Positions 46,089-55,498 of a stretch of 64,000 bases of DNA are shown here, in pieces (the first letter of the stretch is position 1; each line of letters starts with the position of its first letter). The translations under genes and the position numbers were made by a program. The notes beneath the pieces were generated by a model, which saw only the letters and a program-made list of their open reading frames with translations, did no database searches and was not told the origin of the DNA. Source of the stretch: an uncultured Acidobacteriota bacterium (lineage in GTDB: Bacteria; Acidobacteriota; Thermoanaerobaculia; Multivoradales; UBA5704). The stretch is taken from NCBI GenBank assembly GCA_963732005.1, contig CAVSXT010000003.1, positions 330,130 through 394,129 of the forward strand, given 5' to 3'.

Positions 46089-47522
46089 ATGAGCGAAACA
46101 GCAGCGAACGAGGGAGCCGCGCAGGCCCACGGGCGTGCGGTGGTGGTCGGCGCCGGCATTGCCGGCATTCTGGCGGCGCGGGCTCTCGCCCGCTATTTTC
46201 GAGAGGTGGTGCTGATCGAGCGCGACGCCTGCGCCGAAGACGACGGGCCTCGCCCCGGCGCACCGCAGGCGCGCCATCTGCACCTGTTGCTGAAGCGCGG
46301 CCTGATGGTCATGGAGGAACAGTTCCCAGGCCTGACCGCCGACCTGCGCGCCGCCGGCTGCCTGAAAATCGATCAAGGGCGCGACTTTCACATCATGTAT
46401 CGCAGCGGCTGGGCGCCGAACGACGTCTGCGGCCTGGACGTGTGCACCTTCACCAGGTCGCTGCTCGAGGCGACGCTGCGCCGCCACCTCCTGGCCGAGC
46501 CTCGCGTCCGGTTCCGCGCCGGCGCGGAGGTGCAGGGCCTGGCGCTCGACGAGCAGGGCAAGAGGGTCACCGGCGTGCGGTTGCTGCGGCGTCCGGCGCC
46601 GCCCGACGAGGCAACCGAGGTGCTGGCTGCCGATCTGGTGGTCGACGCCAGCGGGCGCAACTCCCGCGCTCCCGAATGGTTGGAGGCCGCCGGCTTCCGA
46701 GCCCCGCACGAGACCTCGGTCGATGCCTTCTGGGGCTACGCCACCCGCCTCTACGAGCCTCCCGCCGGCCTCGAAGTGGACTGGAAAATACTGCTGCTCA
46801 TGAACCGCCCGCCCGACCAACCGCGCGCCGGCATTATCCAGTGGGTGGAGGGCAACCGCTGGATCGTGACCCTGGCCGGCGTGATGAAGGAGTACCCGCC
46901 GACCGACGAGCAGGGCTTCCTCGACTACGCCCGCTGCCTGCGCTCGCCGGCGCTGTACGAAGCCATCAAGGACGCCAAGCCGCTCAGCCCGATCTGGGGC
47001 TACAAGCGCACCGCCAACCGGCTGCGCTCCTTCGAGAGCATGCGCCGCCGGCCCGAACGATTCCTGGCGATCGGCGACTCGGTCTGCGCCTTCAACCCGG
47101 TGTACGGCCAGGGCATGACGCTGGCCGCGCTGAGCGCCGCGGCGCTCGACCGCACCATGGCGGCATGGGGCAGCAGGAGCCTCGACGGCCTGGCACGCCA
47201 TTTCCAGCGGCGCCTGGCGCGGGTCAACAGCAGCGCTTGGACCATGGCCACCGGCGAAGACCTGCGCTGGCCTGCCACCCGCGGCGGCAAGATCACCCCC
47301 AAGACCCGCTTCCTGCACTGGTACATCGAGCAGGTGATCCAGCTAATCCCCGAGAACGTCGAGGTCTACCACCGCTTCCAGGAGGTCAACCACATGCTCA
47401 AGCAGGCCGGCGCGCTGTTCCACCCCGCGGTCTCGTTGCCGATCCTGCGCCGCTGCATGGGCTCGCCGCGCCTGCGCGCCGGTGCGCCGATCCCCGAGCA
47501 GCCCGACGGGGCGATGGGCTGA
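46089..47522 (+). CDS. FAD-dependent oxidoreductase / monooxygenase (GR2-type Rossmann).
   Basis: AVVVGAGIAGILAARALARYFREVVLIERD (GxGxxG plus acidic end) and the GD-motif region IGDSVCAFNPVYGQGMT. Confidence 0.65.
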   Translation: MSETAANEGAAQAHGRAVVVGAGIAGILAARALARYFREVVLIERDACAEDDGPRPGAPQARHLHLLLKRGLMVMEEQFPGLTADLRAAGCLKIDQGRDFHIMYRSGWAPNDVCGLDVCTFTRSLLEATLRRHLLAEPRVRFRAGAEVQGLALDEQGKRVTGVRLLRRPAPPDEATEVLAADLVVDASGRNSRAPEWLEAAGFRAPHETSVDAFWGYATRLYEPPAGLEVDWKILLLMNRPPDQPRAGIIQWVEGNRWIVTLAGVMKEYPPTDEQGFLDYARCLRSPALYEAIKDAKPLSPIWGYKRTANRLRSFESMRRRPERFLAIGDSVCAFNPVYGQGMTLAALSAAALDRTMAAWGSRSLDGLARHFQRRLARVNSSAWTMATGEDLRWPATRGGKITPKTRFLHWYIEQVIQLIPENVEVYHRFQEVNHMLKQAGALFHPAVSLPILRRCMGSPRLRAGAPIPEQPDGAMG

Positions 47523-47680
47523 GGCCGAGGACCGGAGCGGCCCGTGGTGGAAACTCCGCAGCACCGCGATTGCGGCGGCGCGGGGCCGGCTGCTGCGGCG
47601 CCGCTCCTCGACGATGTCCCGGCGGCGGGCCGTCTCCCTGCCCCCTCGCGCAAAAAGTCCTGGGGCAGACCCGTATACTC

Positions 47681-48115
47681 ATGGGCATGAAGTCGCTCCT
47701 GGCTCCCAACCCCGCCGCCGTCGAGGCGCTTCTTACGGAGTTCTTCGCGCGGGAGGCGGAGCGCGAAGGGATCGCCGCGGCCTATCTTTTCGGCAGCGTC
47801 GCCCGCGGCACGGCCGGACCGCGGAGCGACGTCGATGTCGCCGTGCTCTACATCGGCGATCCACCTGCGGGATTCGCCGGCCTCGGCATCCCCCTGGCTG
47901 GCGACCTCGAACGGCTGCTCCACCGTCCCGTCGACGTGGTTGTCCTCAACCGGGCGCCGGCCGACCTCGTCCACCGTGTCCTGCGCGACGGCCATCTCCT
48001 GGTCGAGCGCGACCGCTCCCGGCGAATCGCGTTCGAGATCCGCTCCCGGAACGAGTACTTCGATCTCCTACCTCACCTCCAGCGCTACCGGAGGATGGGC
48101 CTGAGAAGCCGGTGA
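47681..48115 (+). CDS. mntA: MntA-type minimal nucleotidyltransferase (antitoxin of a HepT/MntA TA pair).
   Basis: GSVARG...DVDVAVL nucleotidyltransferase motif; 144 aa. Confidence 0.75.
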   Translation: MGMKSLLAPNPAAVEALLTEFFAREAEREGIAAAYLFGSVARGTAGPRSDVDVAVLYIGDPPAGFAGLGIPLAGDLERLLHRPVDVVVLNRAPADLVHRVLRDGHLLVERDRSRRIAFEIRSRNEYFDLLPHLQRYRRMGLRSR

Positions 48116-48522
48116 CCGACCGCGACCTGCTCGGCAAGAAGCTCGCAACCATCGAAAGCTCGGTCAAGGAGCTCCGGAGCCTCGCCAACCCCGCCGCGAT
48201 CTACGGCGACATCCGCGAGGAACGATTCATCAAGTACACGCTCCAGATCGCCATCCAGGCCATGCTCGACACTGCGTCCCATATCGTCTCGGACGAGCAG
48301 CTGGGTGAACCCGAGACCAACCGCGGGATGATCGACCTCCTCGAGCGCCATGCCTGGGTGCCGGCCGACCTCGCACAGCGCCTGCGCAACATGGTGGGTT
48401 TTCGCAATATCCTCGTCCACGGCTACGACATCGTCGATCTGGGTATCGTCGAGAGCATCGTCACGAGTCACCTCGACGATCTTCTCACTTTCGTGCAGGC
48501 AATCCGGAAGCGCCTGGAATAA
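48112..48522 (+). CDS. hepT: HepT-like (DUF86) toxin.
   Basis: RNxxxHxY motif FRNILVHGYDIVD. The GTG start overlaps the mntA stop (GTGA). Confidence 0.7.
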   Translation: MTDRDLLGKKLATIESSVKELRSLANPAAIYGDIREERFIKYTLQIAIQAMLDTASHIVSDEQLGEPETNRGMIDLLERHAWVPADLAQRLRNMVGFRNILVHGYDIVDLGIVESIVTSHLDDLLTFVQAIRKRLE

Positions 48523-48664
48523 GGACAGGGGCGAGCGCCCGCCGCTCCCGGCCGCGCCCGCGGTCAGGCCCTCCTGCCGCGCCACCAGGCCCGGCGGCGG
48601 GTCGCCAGACCGCAGGCGGGGCCAGCTCCAAGAACCCGGGGGCGGCTGATTCCGTAGTACTGCC

Positions 48665-49858
48665 ATGAACGCACGAAATCGGTTGACTCGGGCGCTGTTG
48701 GGTTGGGCCGGCTCTGGTTTGTTGCTGTCGATCCCTGCGCCGGGGGCGCCTCCCGGGGCGTGCGATCCGGCTCAGGCGATGGTGGGCTCGTCGTCCACGT
48801 TGTTCACGACACAGAGCGCACGCTTCGACGTGGCTCCCGGCGTCACACTGGGCGGCTGTCTGTACCGGCCCAGGGGAAGCTCGCGCTTTCCGGTCCTGGT
48901 GATGGTCACGGGCTCGGGGAACATTCCCAGCGCGGCGGACGACTTCACGGTGCCGCACGCCAAAGCCCTGGCGGCCAAGGGGATCGGGGTGTTCGCCTTC
49001 AACAAGCGGGGCGTGGGAGGCTCCGGCGGCGTCGCGACCAACACCGATTTCAAGCAGCGCGCGGCCGACGTGGCGGCGGCGGTGTGCTTCGTGCGCAGCA
49101 TGGCGGCGACCACCCAGGTCGCGCTTTGGGGCGTGAGCCAGGCAGGATGGGTGATCCCCCAGGCCCTGCGCCCGAACGACGACGTCAAGTTCGTCATCCT
49201 GGTCAGCCCGGGGGGCGTGAATCCCAACGAGCAGATGGCGTTCTTCATTCGCAAGCTGGCGCTGCGCTTGGGCTGTTCCCAGGAGGAGGCGGCGAAGGCC
49301 GAGCGTGTGCATCGGGCCCTGACGGCTTACTACGCCACCGGCAAGGGCTATGCCTCCGCCCAGGCCCTGGTGAATGAATATAAGAAGGAGCCCTGGTTCG
49401 AGCGCTTCAGGACCAATGACGAATGGCCTGAGGGGATCGGTGCGGACGGACGCCTGATGACTCCGGCCGAGCTGGCGCGGGCGTGGCAGGACAAACCCGC
49501 CGAGTATGGCTTCTATCGCGCGCCGTCGATCTTTGCCGATTACCAAACCATCTACGAGGCCCTGGACCGGCCGACGCTGATCGTGCAAGGCTCGGGGGAT
49601 ACCAAGGTGCCGGTTGCCGCATCCAACGCGGCGTTCGCGGCTGCGTTTGCGAAGAATGGGAACCGTGCCGTGGAGTTCAAGGTATTCGATGGCGCCGAGC
49701 ATGGCGTGTTCGACGGTCCGGTCGTACGGCCCTCCTATCTCGACTTCGTCAGCGCCTGGGCGAGCCAGCACTTCGGGATGAATGGGGCGGCTCGCGCCCG
49801 GGGTGCAATGGGATCTCGGGCGTCTGAAGCAGGGACCGACGGCCTTCCCGGAGACTAG
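48665..49858 (+). CDS. Secreted alpha/beta-hydrolase-fold protein.
   Basis: Signal peptide. Nucleophile elbow GVSQAG. C-terminal acid/His region (GSGDTKV...FDGAEHG). Confidence 0.5.
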   Translation: MNARNRLTRALLGWAGSGLLLSIPAPGAPPGACDPAQAMVGSSSTLFTTQSARFDVAPGVTLGGCLYRPRGSSRFPVLVMVTGSGNIPSAADDFTVPHAKALAAKGIGVFAFNKRGVGGSGGVATNTDFKQRAADVAAAVCFVRSMAATTQVALWGVSQAGWVIPQALRPNDDVKFVILVSPGGVNPNEQMAFFIRKLALRLGCSQEEAAKAERVHRALTAYYATGKGYASAQALVNEYKKEPWFERFRTNDEWPEGIGADGRLMTPAELARAWQDKPAEYGFYRAPSIFADYQTIYEALDRPTLIVQGSGDTKVPVAASNAAFAAAFAKNGNRAVEFKVFDGAEHGVFDGPVVRPSYLDFVSAWASQHFGMNGAARARGAMGSRASEAGTDGLPGD

Positions 49859-50433
49859 CTCTCCCCACGGGGTCGGAGTCTTTCGTACCGGAGAAGGACG
49901 ACCCCGTTCCCGAAAGTTCGGGTCTCGGCGAGGCGGAGCAGGACCCTCTCCATCGAAGGGGGGAAAAGGCGCTTCCCTTCCCCGATCTGGATCGGGTGGA
50001 CGTAGATCCGGTACTCGTCGATCAGGTCCTGGCCCATGAAGGCGGCGCCCAGGTCCCCTCCTCCGACCACGAGATCCCCACGGGCCCGGAGCTTGAGCTC
50101 TTCGAGCTCTCCCCGCACCACGTCCCTGGCGATCGTGGTGTTCCACCCCGCCGAGGTGAGGGTCTTCGAATAGACCACCTTGGGCATGTCCCGCCAGATC
50201 CGGGCGAACTCCTTCACGGGAGGAGTGCTCCCGGGGTCGGCGTCGGCGGTCGGCCAGAATCCGGCCATGAGCTCGTAGGTGACCCGTCCGCTCAGGAAGG
50301 CTCCCATCGCCTCGAGCTCCTCGATGATGTGGGCAAAGAGCTCGTCATCGACCATGTTCCAGTCGATCTCCTTCTTCGGTCCCTCGAAGAAGCCGTCCAG
50401 GGAAACCTGGACCAAGAGGATCACCCTTCTCAT
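49855..50433 (-). CDS. RibD C-terminal-domain / dihydrofolate-reductase-like reductase.
   Basis: MRRVILLVQVSLDGFFEGP...GDLVVGGGDLGAAFMGQDLIDEYRIYVHPIQIG. Confidence 0.65.
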   Translation of the reverse strand: MRRVILLVQVSLDGFFEGPKKEIDWNMVDDELFAHIIEELEAMGAFLSGRVTYELMAGFWPTADADPGSTPPVKEFARIWRDMPKVVYSKTLTSAGWNTTIARDVVRGELEELKLRARGDLVVGGGDLGAAFMGQDLIDEYRIYVHPIQIGEGKRLFPPSMERVLLRLAETRTFGNGVVLLRYERLRPRGES

Positions 50434-50706
50434 CGCGAGTTCTCCCGCGGTCGCCAAGGCTTCGGGCGCCTCCGGGATCATACCGGAGCCGGTGGTCTCC
50501 TCGGTTCTGGGTGTGGTTGCGGAGCTGCAGGCTGTGTCCACTGACCTCTCGGCATTTCAGTAGTAGAATCTCCTTCCGGAATGCTTGAAGGATCCTGGCC
50601 ACTGACGCGAGGAGGACGCTTTGGCTTGTGCTAACCAATCGCCGCACCGGACCGCCGGCTTCGCGGTCCACGGTCCCAAGGGTTGGCACGACTGCCGTGA
50701 GCACTC

Positions 50707-51288
50707 ATGTCAGAGACGTTAGTACATATTCCGCCGCTGCCTGTGCTGCGGTGGGATTCCTACTTCTGGTCGAGCGAGGCCGTCCTTTCTACATGGGCGG
50801 GTTTCCGGGCTCGGCGGGGTGGATATAGCGCAGTCAGCGGAACTGTGCCCACCGATGGCAGCGTCCTTCTGAACGTCGATTCACCTGACGAGAACGCGCG
50901 TGCCGCTCCGTCGAAACCGCAGGCTGCGGCGTTCGGGTATCTCTTGGATGCGGCAACAACTGTTCAGGCAGCAATACTCAAGAGGCTGCTACAAGCGTAC
51001 CCTGCGATGAGGGCACAGTACGACTATCCTCCTGATGAAGCGCATCTGATGCCCGAAGTTCAAAGCCCAGAGCAGTTCCGAGAGTTGATTGGTCTGTCGA
51101 CGGTGCACATCCTCGCCGTTGCCAAGCGCGGGTTCGCTTATGTGGGATTCGAGTTCGGCTGTCTTTGGGATGATGAGCACGGCTTCGGTGTGCTGACGCA
51201 CAAAAACTACGTGGTGGACATTGGCGGCGCGGACACCGCTTTCCTTGGATGGAATGCTGAGGCGGATGCAAAAGCGGGGGACTCATAG
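50707..51288 (+). CDS. Hypothetical protein (193 aa) in a lower-GC patch.
   Basis: ORF with reasonable codon usage. No recognisable motif. Confidence 0.35.
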   Translation: MSETLVHIPPLPVLRWDSYFWSSEAVLSTWAGFRARRGGYSAVSGTVPTDGSVLLNVDSPDENARAAPSKPQAAAFGYLLDAATTVQAAILKRLLQAYPAMRAQYDYPPDEAHLMPEVQSPEQFRELIGLSTVHILAVAKRGFAYVGFEFGCLWDDEHGFGVLTHKNYVVDIGGADTAFLGWNAEADAKAGDS

Positions 51289-51374
51289 CGATGCCTGTCT
51301 CGCGCTCGGTCGATTGAGGCGACCGCCAGCCGCGGGCGAGGCCAGTTGCGCTCCGCGGCTGGCGGGCGCGGGAG

Positions 51375-51600
51375 CTCAGTTCAGGCTGTTGAGAAGGGTG
51401 AAGGTGACCGGGACGCTGTTGGTGTTCTTCATGCAGGTGATGACGAAGGTGGGCAAGATGAGGCCGGGGAAACTCAAGCTGTTGACGCTTTCCGAGAAGA
51501 CGTTGGTGCTGGCGCTGGTGAAGAACTTGGTGTAGGTGGCGTTATCCGTGCGGTTGTTGAACCACAGGCTTGACGAGCCCCTTATCGGCCACGGCTGCTA
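51375..51600 (-). pseudogene. Start-less C-terminal gene fragment (...TYTKFFTSASTNVFSESVNSLSFPGLILPTFVITCMKNTNSVPVTFTLLNSLN-stop).
   Basis: 75 in-frame sense codons with an in-frame stop immediately upstream. No start codon. Lower GC. Confidence 0.3.
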
Positions 51601-51710
51601 GCTCCGGGAGGGCCACCATTTGGGCACCGGTGCCCTCTCCCCTCGGCCGCAAAGCGTCGGAGACGACGTCCCCGACGCGGTGACCGAAGCCCCGTGGCCC
51701 TGGTTCCTCC

Positions 51711-52595
51711 CTAGTCCCTGCCGTTGGGGCGGTAGGGATCCGGCGCGTAGCCGGGCTCGAAGCCGTGCGCGCGCTCGCGACGCTCCAACGGATCGCTCGG
51801 GCGCACCCGTGGCAGCAGCCCGAGCTTCACCAGCGCCGCCCGGAATTCGTAGCGGATCTCCAGGCTGGCCGCTGCGGAACGCTCGGTGTCGAAACGCACG
51901 CGGTCGACGCGATGGTCCACCTCGCGCCCGATGCCGGTCGCGGCATAGTCGTCGGAAAGCCGCGATTCGGCACGCGCATCGGCCCGGCCGGGCTCGGCGG
52001 GGGCCGCCGCGCCGGCGGACGGTGGTCCGCCCGGCCCACTGCCTTCGGCCTTGCTCTCAGGGGCTGCCGGCGCATTACGGTCGCGGAATAGCATTGGCTG
52101 TTCGATTTCTCGCACGCGCTCGCGAAACACCACGGCCGCGATGACTCCCAGGTTGTTGGTCTTCCCGAGCCACGCGCCGTAGGAATCCTTTTCGCTGGTG
52201 AAATAGAAATGCCGCGCCAGCGCCGAGCTCGTCTGCCAGCCGTCGAGAACGATCGAATCGTAGGGCTCGATGATCCACTTCGAGCCCGCCTGCGCCGTGG
52301 TCGTCTTGGCGTCGATGGCGTTCAGCCCGTCGACGGAGACCGCGATTGCCACCCTTCGTCCGGTGTTGTTGGTGAGCCGCAGCGAGTACTCGCGACCGTG
52401 GGAGGCCTCGACGTAGGAGCGCCCGTTGCCGTGAAGCTCGGCGAGCGGCTGTCCGTCGACCAGGACTTCGAGCGTGTAGGGTCCTTGCGCAACGGCCAGC
52501 GCGGGCACCGCGCCGGCGAACGGCAGCGCCAGCAGCACGAGCGCGAGGGCAGCTTTGAGCAAACGGGTACCGCGAGCGGCTAGGGGTGCGTTCAT
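51711..52595 (-). CDS. Secreted protein of unknown function (294 aa).
   Basis: AAGGAGA RBS. Signal peptide MNAPLAARGTRLLKAALALVLLALPFAGAVPALA. Confidence 0.55.
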   Translation of the reverse strand: MNAPLAARGTRLLKAALALVLLALPFAGAVPALAVAQGPYTLEVLVDGQPLAELHGNGRSYVEASHGREYSLRLTNNTGRRVAIAVSVDGLNAIDAKTTTAQAGSKWIIEPYDSIVLDGWQTSSALARHFYFTSEKDSYGAWLGKTNNLGVIAAVVFRERVREIEQPMLFRDRNAPAAPESKAEGSGPGGPPSAGAAAPAEPGRADARAESRLSDDYAATGIGREVDHRVDRVRFDTERSAAASLEIRYEFRAALVKLGLLPRVRPSDPLERRERAHGFEPGYAPDPYRPNGRD

Positions 52596-52817
52596 GGCGT
52601 CTCCTTTGTGTCCTGAAGCTACAGACACCCTGCGATAGGGAAATGCAACCGGCCGCCGGTTCACCGCCCCCCGCTGGCAGCTCAGGCGCTCGCGACCAGT
52701 GGCGGCAATCCCGTAGAATCGCAGACCGGAGACGACGGAGCCAACCGGACAGCGGCGCCGCCGGGGGCGCCCGCGACAGCGCCGGCAGGAGCGTCGCCGG
52801 CGCACCGGGAGACGACC

Positions 52818-53300
52818 ATGAGCCACGATCACCTGCCCGAGGCCGGCGAGCCGATCGACTGGAAAGAGCACGGGGTGAAGGTGATCCCCGGCAACTCGCT
52901 CGACACGAACACGCCACAGACTCCTGGCATGAGTCGCGCCGCGGCGATCAACTTCGCCCGTGCCGGCGCGCAGAAGATCTGGGCCGGCACCGTCACGATC
53001 CACCCCAACGCCAAGACCGGCGCTCACCATCACGGGGCGCTCGAGAGCGTCATCTACGTCCTCAGGGGCCGCGCCCGCATGCGCTGGGGTGAACGGCTCG
53101 AATACGTCGCCGAAGCGGGCCCTGGCGATTTCATCTTCGTGCCGCCGTTCGTGCCGCACCAGGAGATCAACGCCTCGCGCGACGAGGCCCTGGAATGCGT
53201 GCTGGTGCGGAGCGACAACGAAGCGGTCGTGGTCAATCTCGACATCGAGCCGGCGGAAAAGCCTGAAGCAGTGCGCTGGATCGACCCCGTCCACCGCTGA
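52818..53300 (+). CDS. Cupin-domain protein.
   Basis: TIHPNAKTGAHHHGALESVIYVLRG...GDFIFVPPFVPHQE (two-His cupin motifs). Confidence 0.6.
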   Translation: MSHDHLPEAGEPIDWKEHGVKVIPGNSLDTNTPQTPGMSRAAAINFARAGAQKIWAGTVTIHPNAKTGAHHHGALESVIYVLRGRARMRWGERLEYVAEAGPGDFIFVPPFVPHQEINASRDEALECVLVRSDNEAVVVNLDIEPAEKPEAVRWIDPVHR

Positions 53301-53381
53301 CGTCAGACCGCCGCGGCCAGCTGCGGGTCGGAGGCCTCCTGAGCACTGGTGGTGCAGGCTCTGGAAGATGTAGCGCCAGGC

Positions 53382-55370
53382 TCAGGGGCAGGAGGCGAAG
53401 GCGCCGCTGTCCTGGATCGGCACCAGCGGGACGCGCTGCGGGTTGTGGTAGACCTTGAGGGCGCCGGTCGTGGTATCGGTCACCGTCAGCACCACCTTCA
53501 CGTCGGTCAGGCCGCCGGCGAACACCCAGTAGTGGTTGCCGGCGCCGCAGCCGTTCAGCAGCTTGACGACGAGCTCGAGGTTGGCGGCGCTGAAGAACCA
53601 GAAAGCGCCGGTGTTCGCGGTCACCGGCACGGCCTGGGCGTCGCCGCTGGCGCCGTTGGCGGTCTGCCAGGTGGCGCGGACCTGGAAGCGGCCGTTCTGC
53701 AGGCAGAGGGTGGAGGCATCCGCGGCGCAGGTCGACGGCGCGGCCGGCGCGAAGGCCCAGAGGTTGCCGCCCTGGTCGCCCACGTAGACCCGGCCGTCGA
53801 CCACGATCGGGCTCTGCCAGTGGATGCCCGCCTGTCCCGGTCGGGGGTCGCTCCACAGCACGCTGCCGTCCGCGGGCGACAGCGCCTGCAGCCCGGCGGG
53901 GCCGACGTAGAAGACGATGCCGTTGGCCACCACCGGCGAGGTGCCGCCGCTCGCCCGGGTCCAGACCGGCACCAGCGATGGCGTGCCGCCGGCGTCGACG
54001 GCGAGCCGGAGCCCCGAGATGCCCGCGCCGTTGGCCACGAACACCCACACGCTGCCGGTCGCCGGATCCATCCAGACGGCCGGTGCGGTCAGCACCACAT
54101 GGCCCTGGGGCAGCGGGATCTTCTGCAGCTCGCCGCCCACCTGTCCCGGACGGCTCTGCCCTGAGAGGTTGTCCAGGTCGAGCAGGCGGAGCATGGCGTC
54201 CTTGCCGCTCTGCACGGCGAGGTGGGGGTAGCGGCTGGCGGCGAGCGTCGGCAGCTGTGCGGGTCCGGTGCTGCCGAGGTCGAGGTCCTGCTCGTCCAGC
54301 TGGTCGAACTCGGCGGGGGTGTAGCTGTCGAGCGGCTGGGCGCCGCTCCCGGTGCCGTTGGGCCGCAGCGCCAGCACGCTGTCGCCCCAGTTGTGGCCGC
54401 TCTGCTGCGCGTCGAACTGGCCGTTGCCGGTGACGATGAAGATGCGGTCCAGATCGGCGTCGTAGAAGACGCCGCCATGCGCCCACACCCCCGACTGTAC
54501 GGCGGGGCAGTCCGGGGTGCTGTGGGTGAAGTGCACCGGCTGGTCGCTGCAGTTGGCGTTCCAGACCTGCTGGGCGCCGGTGCCCAGGTCGATGGCCGTG
54601 ACGTGTCCCTGGTAGTCGCCCATGTCCTGGGCGAGCGCGCCGCTGTTGGTAGCGTAGAGGTAGTGATGGCCGTCGGCGGCGGCGGCGATGGCGAGCGCCG
54701 GCGAGCACTTCTCGTTCTGCGGCTTGAGCGTCGCCACCTCGGGCCAGCCGCCGCCGGTGATCTCGCCGCCGTCGCCCACTCGGTACTTGTGGACCTGGCC
54801 GTCGAGGGCGTAGGAGTAGACGAACCGGCGGCTGGGATCGATCGCCGGCGAGGAGGTCGTGATCAGCGGGCCGGTCGCCGGCTGGTGCGCCCAGATGGTG
54901 ACGCCGGTGGCGGCGTCGATCGCCAGGATGCGCCCGTCGGTGGTGGTCGCGAACAGCAGGTCGCGGAGACCGGAGGGCGTGGCGACGCTCGACAGGAAGA
55001 CCGGCGCGTCGTCGATCTTCGCCGCCAGGGTCGCCTTGTAGAGCAGCTGCAGGGTCGCGACGTTGCCGGGCTGGAGGGTGATCTCGAGCGGATTGAAGCC
55101 GCGGTGGCCGGAGTCGTAGCCGAACTGCTGCCAGTCCCCGGGAGTTCCCGGTGCCGCCCCGAGCACCGCTGCCGAGCGCGGCGCCGCTCCCGAACGCGGT
55201 GCCGCCGGTGCCGCCCCTGCAGCCACCGCCGCCGACGGCGCCAGCCCTGCCCACGCCACCAACCCCGCCAACACCCCCAACCCTGCAAACACCGCCGACC
55301 TCGCCGGCCGCACCCATGCCGCGGTCTCCGCGACCACCGCGCCGAACGAGCTCTCCCTGACTCTGCGCAT
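53382..55370 (-). CDS. Secreted PQQ-like beta-propeller repeat protein with an additional C-terminal domain of about 100 aa.
   Basis: Repeated propeller blades (LLFATTTDGRILAIDAATGVTIW, VFVANGAGISGLRL, IVFYVGPAGLQALSPADGSVLW, VYVGDQGGNLWAF). The C-terminal Cys-containing domain is CAADASTLCLQNGRF...NGCGAGNHYWVFAGGL. Confidence 0.55.
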   Translation of the reverse strand: MRRVRESSFGAVVAETAAWVRPARSAVFAGLGVLAGLVAWAGLAPSAAVAAGAAPAAPRSGAAPRSAAVLGAAPGTPGDWQQFGYDSGHRGFNPLEITLQPGNVATLQLLYKATLAAKIDDAPVFLSSVATPSGLRDLLFATTTDGRILAIDAATGVTIWAHQPATGPLITTSSPAIDPSRRFVYSYALDGQVHKYRVGDGGEITGGGWPEVATLKPQNEKCSPALAIAAAADGHHYLYATNSGALAQDMGDYQGHVTAIDLGTGAQQVWNANCSDQPVHFTHSTPDCPAVQSGVWAHGGVFYDADLDRIFIVTGNGQFDAQQSGHNWGDSVLALRPNGTGSGAQPLDSYTPAEFDQLDEQDLDLGSTGPAQLPTLAASRYPHLAVQSGKDAMLRLLDLDNLSGQSRPGQVGGELQKIPLPQGHVVLTAPAVWMDPATGSVWVFVANGAGISGLRLAVDAGGTPSLVPVWTRASGGTSPVVANGIVFYVGPAGLQALSPADGSVLWSDPRPGQAGIHWQSPIVVDGRVYVGDQGGNLWAFAPAAPSTCAADASTLCLQNGRFQVRATWQTANGASGDAQAVPVTANTGAFWFFSAANLELVVKLLNGCGAGNHYWVFAGGLTDVKVVLTVTDTTTGALKVYHNPQRVPLVPIQDSGAFASCP

Positions 55371-55498
55371 CCCTGCCTCCGCGAGGCACCGCCAACGGTC
55401 TGCCGCGATCCCGCCCCGCGGCGGAGCTTCCCTGGCTGGGCTCGGCCTGACGGAAGCATAGCCTGCGGCCGCTCGGGCCGGAAGTTGTACGATTCGCC

